In this document: positions 25,701-37,700 of the stretch, one piece after another | Position numbering within the stretch: position 1 is the first letter of the stretch | How the letters are laid out: each line of letters begins with the position of its first letter | NCBI GenBank assembly: GCA_965202585.1 | Contig: OZ241829.1 | Span: 24,986,001-25,050,000 of the forward strand | Source: Thalia democratica | Taxonomy: Eukaryota | Reading direction: 5' to 3' | DNA: 64,000 bases | Made by a program: the position numbers and the translations under genes | The notes under the pieces: generated by a model | The model's database searches: none | Seen by the model: the letters and a program-made list of their open reading frames with translations, nothing else | Told to the model about the DNA's origin: nothing

Positions 25701-28700
25701 AAACTATTTAGTTAAGGCATTCACATTCAGCTACAACTGTATAGCTGAAATCTAATTTGACAAACAGCAGTTGAAAAAGTTAACACGACTTAACACTTCT
25801 ATCAAAACCAACAAGCGGCCACATTGACCTTCGCCAATAAAACAAAAAGGTGGCCCAGAAGCGTCCTTGTGACTTGTCAAAACTGTCCTCGTGACCTTTG
25901 GAGGTCACTTGACACCCGACGAGGACATCAAGTAGCTAGTGTCTGACCACTTGAAAAACGAGGGTATGGAAAAACACTTATGTGGGTAATCAGACGCTCT
26001 CTCTGTGATCAAAACAATGTTTTAAATGATATTTGTTTTGATCATAAAAAAGTTAAGCTTAAATTTTATTGGTTTGAATTGAGTTTAGATACTCTTGTTT
26101 ATAGCTGGTCCAATGTATTAAGTTACATAAAACTTATTAAAATAATGGAAAATTTTGTTAAAAAAAATTTAGTTTAGCTCATATACAAATTAAAGTTTAG
26201 ATTCTGCAAAATTGATATCTATTTTAAATGTTTTAATTTAAATTCTACACAATCAAAAAAAAAGAAGAAACAAAAAAAGATTGTATACTTTTTGCCTACA
26301 AAAAACAAACACCTTAAGTCCATAATTTTAGAACAAAACAAAATGGTTAAAACCTAATCAAAATCTCTTATCTGCCACCCACTTTGAAAGAAAAATCACT
26401 TGTTTGAATTACTGCTGTAAAATCTGATAATTGTCGCGGTAAGCGTGTTAATATGACATCATTGTTTAAAAAGTTTCAAGTCTGAAAGCTGCTGCTTTGG
26501 TCGATTTTAAAAGTAAAACGTATTTTTGTTTGTAGGTGGCAATTATTTCAAATGGTCAGTGCTTACTTGTGAATGAGCAAAAAAACTGAGAAGTTTTTTA
26601 TCAAATTAAGCATTGTAAAGCGGCGTGTTATGTAGAATTTCTATTAGTAATCTAGAAAGAATGCTAAACTTTTCACAAGCAACCTTTAAACTTGCGAAAT
26701 TCTGAAACCTTCTCCTTTTCTTTTTCGCACTTCGTACGATTTTTCTTTTTCATCGCGCCAGCTACTTTTGCACCCCCCCTCATTTTAAACTTCTCAAACT
26801 TTTTTTTTCGGTCGAGATGTGTTTACGAAGCACTGCCTCGTTCGAAATCACAGTAAAAAATGTGAACTTGTGAACCTATTAGATTATTATCTCTGCCAGA
26901 GTTTGAAGATTTTCATGAATTTTTTTAATTTACTTACTATTGCGGCAATTAAAAACGTAAGCAAACGCTTTTTATTTTTAATTGTTTCGCAATTAAATCC
27001 CTTCTGTTTATTTTAAATTGTATCAAACTGTTTATGCAAAAATAGACAGGGCTTTTATCGAAGCAACTTTAATCCCGGATTAACCTTCATAGATTATTTG
27101 TAGCAATTAAAAAAAAATAAAACTTTAAAATTATAAGTCCACAGTTTAATTTAAGGTGTACCTGGCAGTAAAAAATAAATAAAATTGCGGGTTAATTAAA
27201 ACATTAAAAGCTAATACAATAAAAGTTTTGTTCGTATCAATTATAACAAGTTATTTGTACTTTTAATGCCTTTGATTTTCGTTTTAAAAACTAGCTTTTA
27301 CGCCTTTTATGTTTGAAATACTTGACAGGGTTTGAATTGTTTTTTTCTTATCAAGTTTTCTTTGACAACGACCGACACTCGGTGATATTAATCAATTCTA
27401 ACATTTTATTTGTTTAAACCAATAACTTGATCAGCCTGTAGTGTACAACAAAAATTTTTTCTACGCAGCCAGACTTCTACAAGCTGCGGTTTGTTTTACG
27501 ACGAAAACAGTTAAGTTTTCAATCAATCAAAAAGCTACCTGGAAGCAATTTGCTGCCAACGCTCGATTGCTGCTCAGCAAAAGTGGAATTTCCGCCAAGC
27601 AGCTTACCTGAGCAGCGAAATGCTACCAAAATTTAAATAAAAATAAAATATGGCGGAAAAATCATTTTACTGCCGTGCTTACATTTTGATACAAGTTATT
27701 GCTTGTTAAACTTAAAAAATTTCTTGTTTAAATTCGTGAGAATTTTGTTTTAATGTTTTTTTTCAGCTTTTGAAGCAAAATTTGTTAATATTGTAAGAAT
27801 TGATCAATAAAAAAATTCAGTACCCTTTTATAATCTATAATTTTTTTTTCAGAAAGTATATACTTTAAATAGCTTCTTATGCACATTCTGTAAATTATTT
27901 TCTGAATGATTAACTTAAATTATATCAGAAAATTATTGTTTAAAAATTATCTAGCTAGTAAAGTATGAAAAAAAAAAGTTTTAGAAAAGTCCAAAAAAGT
28001 TCTAAGGCTTATTACAAATGGTTATAAAAATATCACACCTGTTAACTACTAAGGTGACTATTAACCAGCACGGCTGATTTACTATGGTAGAGTGCTGCGT
28101 TGAATGTTCTTTGAAATAAAGCAGCTATCAATCATCGTTTTGACAATCGTATAAATTTTGTATGAAGCTTGTGATAATAATTCAATGCCATTTTTCAATG
28201 GTCACTATAATTCAAGTACATTTGTAGAACTTGCTCCTTTTCTTGAAAATTTAAACAGTTTAATAGACAAAACGTACAAAGTAAAAAATATTTAAATATT
28301 TCCTTGTTTTATTGCAAAATATTTTTTTGATATTTTGCTAATGTTGAATCTTTCAAACTTTTTTTAATTTATTTAAACACTAGTACTAAAGTTCATAGTT
28401 ACCTATACTAAAAATTTTTCTTTAATTTTTTTTTAGCTGTATTAAACATTAAAATTATCATAAAATATTTGAGTTACCAATAATTCAATACAAACTGAAC
28501 CAAAAGCATCAAAGTTGAAATTTTACGATTTTTTCAACAGACACGACCTGTACCCGCTGCTGGACCTGGTCTTCCAGAAGTGCGAGCTAGCCACCTGCAC
28601 GCCACGCGACCCCCAGACCGGCACCAACCCCCCCGGACCCGACGTCCTCTCCTCCGAGTCCTTCAACGAGGACATCGCCTGTTTCGCCCAACGGGTAAGT

Positions 28701-31700
28701 ACCGACTGTGAAAATAAAAGATACTACGAGCTGTATAAATGGTGATTTCAAACCAAAGTACTTGTCAATTTTAAATAAACAAACAAGTAAGTTAACAATA
28801 ACTTGATTTTTTTGTTTTGATAATGAATTATTCAAAACCTAATGATTTTTATTCTGCAAAATAAACCAAACACCTCGGCACTTATAGTCTTGATAATGCA
28901 GGGGTACGCAGTGTAAACAGAGTATTATTTGTTCATTTTCGTTTTTGCCTCATGTACATTGCAGTGCTGAGATGTCAGCGAGTTGTTTGCTGGTAAATTC
29001 GAACTTCGTTTTGTTGTCTCCTGAGAGAGCAAAACAAACTGGTTTTTAATAATCAAAAGCCGGTGTTTAGTGCTGTTTCGTATATATTGCTAGTTTTCGA
29101 TGTCACAGTTTTGAAAAAAAAAAGTTTTTTATAACGTTATTGTATCTAAAGTTAAAGAATTAAAAAAAACTGAAAAATGTTCATTTTTGGGTTAGTTTGA
29201 AACTTTTTAACATGAGAAGCAAGAATTACTATATAAATATATTTGTAAATCTCATTTAAACACTTTTTAGTACAAGTTCAAGTCTGTTTACAGTAAAAGT
29301 TAAACAAATCGTGAGTGGAGAGTTTTAATCAAAGGACTTGAAAAGTTTTAGAAATTTTCAAGGGTATTTCAAGTGTTAAAATGAGGTCAAAAAGCGTCTT
29401 AGTTTTTCTCAGCCCCTCATAGTAGTTTTAATCCGTAGATAAGCACTTTACACACTTTACCTTAGAACGTTTAATTCCTTCATTGTTTGAATATATAATT
29501 TTGCACGCGATGGCTTCTTTAATCTGAAGTTTAAGACTGTTTTAGTTTCAAATAATAAAGTAGCAGTTTACCAAATATTAAAAATTTTGTTTAGGTTTCA
29601 CAAGCCTTGCTATGAATTTATTTTTCTGATTTAAAACGCTAAAAACAAGGGAAAATAAAATAAAAAATAAGGTAATGTAGGCTTGTAAAATTTTTAATAT
29701 TTCTATTTATTTAAGTATTTTATATATTCTAGATACAAGATGAGAATCGTTCTTGGAACTTCGATGCAAATAATGAAATTGACAATTTGGTAAGCTTAAT
29801 TGATAACAACAATCATTGAAATAATTAAGTTGTAAACAAAGTTAATTCAAAACTATTAAAATGTTTTTTAAAGTTTTAATGCTTCTAATAGATTCACGCA
29901 CTTTAGTTAAAGTTTTACCTTTTTGTTTTTGAGAGAGATTAAGCAAAAGCACTAAACTAGACATATTTTATTGAAAACTTAATAAATTAAGTATTATTTT
30001 TTATTGCGTTTTTTTTAACAAACTATTGTGGTAACTTTAATAGTTATACCTCTTAACATACAATTTAACTGTAATCGATTTTTTGTTCTAACATTCCTAA
30101 GTGAAAAAAAAATTAAGCCACAATAAAACGCCATTTGAAAGAATTTTAAAAGCTTCATTGTGCCGAATGACGTGGTTGAAATGAACTTTTGCTTGGGGGA
30201 GTCACTTGCGAAATTCAAGTCATGACTAACCGAATTTATCGCTCAAATTAAAACCCTGAAACTTTTTATCGCCTCTTCCGTGACTTATGCATATTTCAGC
30301 TTCGTAGGAGGTCTGATACGAAACCCCTCGCGTTTATGCCTCAATAAGCAGATTTTACGAGCTTACTAAACATTTTAAAAAACCTCGTGTATTATCTCAG
30401 ACTAAACTTAAGGTATAAATATGAGATGGTGTTTATGAACTATGAAAAGGCAAAATCGTCATTAGGATAGTTGAATTATTTTGTTTGCTTGCTCAATTAT
30501 TGTTAAATGCGAACATAGTTTTACAAAGTTTACCTACTACGTGATTTGAAATCATTTTAAGAACTGAAACTGTAAAGCAACAATTGCAACGTAAATTAGA
30601 GCCTGGATTTGAAGAAGTTATTGAATGGCAAACAAAACGAGTAGATAGCGGCGATTAGAAATGCAAACATTACCCAACTTTCTATCAAATCATGTTTGTT
30701 AAATTCGGTAAACAGAAAAAAATGTTACTAAAATTAATTATTGCTCTTTCGTCACGAAGCCGCTAATTTTTTTGACAAAGTTAAGCTTTAGTAATTATCA
30801 AAAATTTGAAACCGACAGGCTTTTTTTAATCTGTGACGTCATAATACTTTGCTGGTCAGCAATTTATTCGAACTACTAAACGTTACTTTACTTGGTGATT
30901 TTTGCTAAAACATTACTGCTACTTTTTAATATATCTTTTTAAGTAATCATTTAACTTGAACTTTAATCAGCAGTCACAGCGGTCGACTTTCATAAAAACT
31001 GATGACATCAGCAGGATTGCGGCGTTGCATGCAAATTTGTTGCAAAACACTTTACTCAGCATTTTTTACACAACGTATTGTACGCATGTATCTGTAGTAA
31101 GCTTAGAAAAAACAAGGCGGTTTAAATTTGTTTTGTTTTGAAATAGAAAATATTGATTGATTAGAAAAGCAAAATAAAACTTACAATAGTGTCACTAATG
31201 CATTTACAAAAGATAATTTAATATAAAAAAAGAAAGTTAACTGACTGTTTTAATGATAATTATGTTTATGCAAAGTGTTTTTCTCTGCTTGCTTATACAG
31301 CCTCTGTTTTCTAAACTTTTCAAAACACGTTTTCCGAAAACTATTTGGTGCCTTTTCTCTAAACGTTGCATTCTAATAAAAAATGTTTTTCGCTCGTCAG
31401 TTTTTCTTGCCACGCTCGATTTGAAATGCAAAGGAAACTTCATATTGACGAGTAACAAAGGCGACGCTGCTCACCAACGCACGAGAATAAAACTTACATC
31501 CTACCATAAAAACCCTTCAGTTTTGTTTGTGTTTAGATAAAGTTTGAAAGCTGTTAACAATTCATTTTTTTTCAACTTCTCAAGGCAGATTATCTGGTTT
31601 TTCGTGGTGTCTATTGATTTAAAAACCGTTATTAACGTTAAAGTCGATCATGTTAATAGCAATCGTTTGGTGCTTTACACACAAAAACTTCTTGTTGTTT

Positions 31701-34700
31701 AATCTGATGTTTCAATGAAAAATTTCGAGGTCAAACAGAGAACTATTTACAATAAAATAAGCTTAAAGTTTTTAAAAATATTTTAAATTCGGATATGTAA
31801 AATTATAACCACATAAACATTGAAAACATTTTAATAAGTGTTTTAAAAAGTTACAAATATTTATGAGTGCTTAAAACAGTAAAATAGTCTCACCTGTCAC
31901 ACTTTATGAATTAATTTTGGAAAACTAGAATGTTGAAAACTTAAAAGCTCCATGTGTATAGTCCTACAACCTAAACACTTCAGTTTTCCTGTACATGACA
32001 AAACAACTATGACCAAATAACCAACCATACACCTGCGGTCAGTCACGAATTGAACAACTTTGTTTTTAAACAAACAAAAGGGTTGGTGGGCAGGTCAACA
32101 GAACCCTTAAACTTCGCGCAGTTGTTGCACAAAACCCTTAAACTTGGCATGAGAGTTTTGAACTTCGCTAATTGATTTGGTGTTGTTTTGACAGCTAATT
32201 GAGAGAGCGGTGTCGGCGATTGCGCAAAAATTGCAATGCACATTCGAAACATTTGTAGTTGAATGACAATAGTATTTTAAGCTTATATTTTCTTGGTTGT
32301 GCTGTTTTTTAATAAAATAAATATTTGTTTACTAATTAAATCTGTAACGTTAAGCTAGAAATAAAGTTTACAAGCTTTATTTTTAAATATGATTTAAAAT
32401 TTAACTGAACAATTATATTCAGATGATTCTTGCCATTCAAGTGCTACGTTTTCACCTGCTAGAACTCGAAAAGGTAATTTAAGAAAGTGTTAATGTTTGA
32501 TTTTAATTTTGTATTGAAAATAATACAGGTTTAACTAAATACATCATAAACCAACAACATCTTAAGTTTTTAACTACCAGGTGAAATTTTTAAAGGTTAT
32601 TATTAATTGAAAAACAAATGTTACTGAATTTTAATTGTTTCAAGTAAATTTACTGAAATTATCCGAAGCTTTTCAACGTTCAGGTTCACGAGCTGTGCCA
32701 GAACTTCACTTCGCGGTACATCAACTGCCTGAAAGGGAAGATGCCCATCGATCTGGTCAACGACGACATCGCAGGTTCCCAGGGTTCGGGAAGGTCGTCG
32801 GGAGGGTCGTCCGGGGGCGCCAACAACCAGTCGGGAGGCAACCACCAGAAGCAACCGTCGCTGGCTGACTCTGGGGGCTTGTCGGGCGGAGTGCAAAAAC
32901 AGGTTTGTTAAAAGAAGAAACATACTTTGTGTCTTTCAAATCCTTAAAGGCAAAAGCCTTCAAGCTGCATAAATAAAATACAGTTTGTTTTTCATTTGTG
33001 AAATAAAGCTGTGAGTAGTAGCACTTAAACCATAAAAATAATTAAACACAGCAAGGAAACAAGTACTAATTTGTTATTTACTTATGATATATTAAAAGTA
33101 AAACTTTTATAAATTATATTTCCAACAAAAAATATTTTTTGGTAACTAAAATCTAAAAGATTAGACATGTTTTATTTAAATTTAGGCAGTTAATTAAACA
33201 AACTGTGTTGCTTATTTTTTCAAACAAAGTAAGTAAACATCAAAAACACATCAAGTAACTCACTGTAAACTGTAATCATGAATTGACTACCTCATAAATA
33301 ATGAATAATAAATAAGCAAACCGCCCACAAATTTTCAGCTGAATTAATTATGAACAACGCTTTAAATTCTAGACCACTTATGACCTTTTAAGTCAATCTA
33401 TTTCAAGTTTTGCCTGCATGTAATAAATTAGTAAACCACTTGGATAACCAACAAACTTTTAGCTGAATAAGATATAGTAAGATTTTATAAAACCTTCATT
33501 TTAAACTGTTTTTATTGGCACCAATTGATTTAAATCACTTATTGATCAAGTTTTTCTTGCAATTAATCGACCTGCCTCATTTAATTTCTAGTATGAATTT
33601 GTTTGAGACAAAATATCTACTTTCTACTTATCTAACCACTTTCTAAAGACCCTATGTCTAGTAAATTTAAAAGGTGGTCTATTAAATTTCACTTAAATCA
33701 GACATCCTTAATTGATTTAGTATTTGTGAAAAAAAAAGAGTATTTTTTATTTTTTACTAATGAAATAAATGTTACGGATATTAATACTGCTAGTTCTATA
33801 TATTCACACTACTTTGTCACTCAACTTCAGAGTTGTTAGTTTAGCATGTTCGTGACTCTGACAAAGCGCAAATATTTACCACCTCGGAAACAATCCCACG
33901 AAAATGCTGTCTGTGACGTCACACTGTCCATAGTGAGCATGACAGCTGATTGCAGGCAATCCAAACAAAAACTCAGGATGGAAGCTTTCAATTAGCAGTA
34001 AATCACTAGTTGTCACTAGTTTTAGTGTGAATCTTGGCAATTTTTTTTAATTACGCTTTTGAGTAAAATCGTCGGAAGACAGATGATGATGTTCAAAACT
34101 GTCAGTAAGCATTTATTTTACACGATTATATATTAGAACTAGAAGAGCTTATAATTAATTTCTGTTAATAAACCCTTTTTAAATCAATCGAGATTGTCCA
34201 AAACAATAATGCTACAACTGCACTTTTTATTCTCCTTCGGATTTTTAATCAAACTTGTCGCTCTAAAATCTACTCATTTCAGTTCTTTTTTCTTAAAACT
34301 AAACTGATAAAAGTTTACAATAAAATCCACGAATACTTTTTATGTTTTATTGAGTCCGTACAGACAAAAATAAAAGTATTAAAAACTCTTGTTAACCCTA
34401 AAGTAAAAAAAAAACTAAAAAGTGCTAAGGTAGTTTAAAAAAACAACTGGACAAAACTTAATATATTTCATTTTGAAAAATATACTTATCACATACAAAT
34501 TTTTGTTATGTCACTCAAACAGCATATATTTTTTTACTTGCGTTCTGTTCTACCACAGTTTAATATAATGCTCCTTGTTTAAATATTAGCTTTAAAAATA
34601 AGCATTTACTTTATGAATGTAATGATATCGTGAGAAACATACAAATTCAAGTTTTCCAGTATAACAACCAAACAAACGTCGATTACAAATTAAATTGCCC

Positions 34701-37700
34701 AGCCTTGCTACAAATGAACAAAAACAAACATACTGAAGGCGATGTTTAACTTTTACTTCGTGTGTACGGGCAAACACAGTTAATAAAACCATCATCATCA
34801 GAGCCGTGTAAAAGCGATAATTGAATTGTGTCAAGGTGAATTTAAACGGCGAGTATTCTTATGCACATTTTTAATCAAGCAATTAAAAATCAAAGCTTCA
34901 CTGAAACTCAAACACTTTGGTTTTGGTTTAATTGTTTGTAAGCTTTACAATATTTCATAATTTCTATCATGAACATCTCAATTATTAAATATCAAAGTTT
35001 TGACCAGATTTTGTTTCTACATTAGTTAAACTTTTGATAGGCTCTTAGTATTACACGTAAAACTAAACAAAACGTACAAAGTTTGAACAAAATTACAGAT
35101 TTAATTACATTCAAACTTTTAATTGTGAAGGTATAATCTTTATTTTTACTGGAAAATTTTAAGTTTTAAAGAGTAAACCACAGGTCAATAAAATTTGAAC
35201 TTCGTAAAAATGGTTACTATTTACAATAAAAGAAGTCACGTTTATAGTATTCTAACAAGTCGAAACAACTGTTATTTTAACTTTGTATAGAATTAAAACT
35301 TGAAAAAAAGTTTTCAATCTCGATTTATGTTGAAATAATTCTCGGTTAGGATTTAGGGGATTTCGCTTAACAATTAGGGATTACCCAAAAACCCGCGCAA
35401 ATCGGAAGTGGGGATCGTAACCATGTCATTTAGGGATTACACCATGAGATCCAAGAAAATCCGGAACAAACACCAGGTATCCGCTAGAAATCAACAAATG
35501 GAGTTACAAAAAAAAATCCCTAAAATATAGTTTAGCTTATGAAAGTATTTTTTGATAAATTAATTTATTAGTATTATTATATTCTTTCGGTTTATTTGGA
35601 AAGTAGTGAATTTTTATCTTCAAAATTTTTAAATACTAATTCTTTTTTATTGTCTAAAACGCTTGACTTTATATATACCAGTGATTCTTAACCTGAGGTA
35701 ATTTTACCACTGGGGTAATTTCCCTTGTTTTAGGGGGTAAATTTTATTCATTACAAGTTATATAATTTAATTTTTCTTAATTGTCCTTTTAATTTATTAG
35801 TAAGTATTTAACTGTAGTTTTTTAAATAAACTTTTTTAATTTTACAATCTTTTATATTTTATAAGCTAGAAGTTCAAAAATTCTAGTGTTTTTTCGTTGA
35901 AATTAAACAACATTTTGTATATTTGGGGTAAATTTGATAATTACTTTCCAAAAGTAGTAAAAAATGAAAAAAAGGTTTTGAACTGCTGATATAGACTAAC
36001 TGATAAAACTAAAATTCTAGTTGATCAAACTATAAGACGTTTAGTTTCAATTATTTTTACTTTATACTTTTGAACATTTAAAAATTTCACTTTAAACCTT
36101 GAAATCTGTATAATCAACCAAAAAAACATCGACAAACATTAAAATACTCTGCAGTTTAATCTCTAACTCCAAATAAAAAATCTACAAAGGCAGGTGCTAA
36201 ACCATTCTTCATTTGAGTAATTTTTGGCTATAAAACAAGTTGGGTTTAACTGAGCTTTAATTCTTAGTTTAAACGAATCGATGAACCACCGATTACGAAA
36301 ATTGACGAACTGAAAGACACTTGCAATGATTCAAACTCTAATACCTTTGCAAATGTTCACATCGCATTTACACACATTAAAGCTATCTGCATCTAAAACT
36401 AAAGTAGCTGGCAGCTTCTTACAGCTCTAATGGAAATAACAAATGACCGTTGCAAATTTTTATTCGAGCAGCTAGTTTTATGTTCAACACAGATTTTTAA
36501 AATGTTCTGTTCAATATAGATAATTTTATTTTATATTTTTTTGTGGTTAAAGGTTTATAACTTAATTACGCATAAAGTGAAAGTTTTGCTAGTGTTGTTT
36601 TCTTGGTCTGCAACATAAAAGTCTTTTAAGTATGTAATAAAATTATTTAGTCTATTCATAGTTTAAATTGTATTATAGTTATTTAAAACATAAATTTTAA
36701 CATTATGTGATTATTAAGTAATTGTGACTTGTACTACAACCAAAGCAATCTACAAAATATTTGTCACCTAAACTTTCAAAGCTAATCAAAATTTTTGAAA
36801 GCAACAACAAAAAGCTATTTTATTGGGTTTTACTGCAAAATAAAGAAAACAATAACCATAAAGCTATCTCTGCTCAGTATCAGAGCCACTAGCGCACACA
36901 GAGATGCTACTTGAAGCGGCGCTAACATCAGCGAAGAGATAATAAAATATTAACAACCTCAGCTGACATGGAAGCCAGCAAGCACATATATATATATATA
37001 CACATGAAACGCTAGTAGATGAGATTCGTTAATATTTCATGCTTTTGAAAATCTCCCGCTTTGACACCTCTGCGCTCTCAAATCGGCTCATCAAAAATTT
37101 CCATTGATTTTTTTGCTCGTCGTAAAACACGCGCACAAAGGAAGTTCGCGTTAAAATATCTCTCTGTGCTTTTGTGATAATTAATAAAAGTGATGAATAA
37201 TTTGTAAAGTTTATAAAAACGAGAAACTGATGAAAGTAGTCCATGGTGTTTTACACTTTATTAAGTTGCGTTTACGTACAACCAAAACTTTTAAGCACTT
37301 TTGATTTAAAATCAAAAGAAGTGTAGAATTTAACACTATTTTTGTTTGTTTCCTATATAAAACTAAACTAGCCTATTTTTAGGCTTTTTTTATATATAAG
37401 TTGAACACCGTATGAAATATACAAGTTTAGAAACAAAACCGTCAAGCTCTTTGAAACAAATTCAACGGTTTTTGTTCAAAGCTTAAGTAAAATTAAATTC
37501 GGTATGCTTATAACTTAAATAATCTTATTGTACACTTACTTGTTAGTTTGCGAGTAAAATTATGAGCTGCAAGTGTGTTTAGTGGAATGTATTGTCTTCT
37601 ATTCCAATCATAAAGCCAATGTATGCTGCCAGATAAGGAACACAAAGCCGCATGTTATCTTAAGTTATAAAATAACTCACCACTGTGAAAGCCTTGTAAC

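Noticed and set aside
28070-28115. tRNA A-box-like TGGTAGAGTGCTG
   Set aside because: No B-box, acceptor stem or cloverleaf.
34192-34204. GATTGTCCAAAAC, resembling miR-219
   Set aside because: The match breaks after about 11 nt and there is no precursor hairpin.
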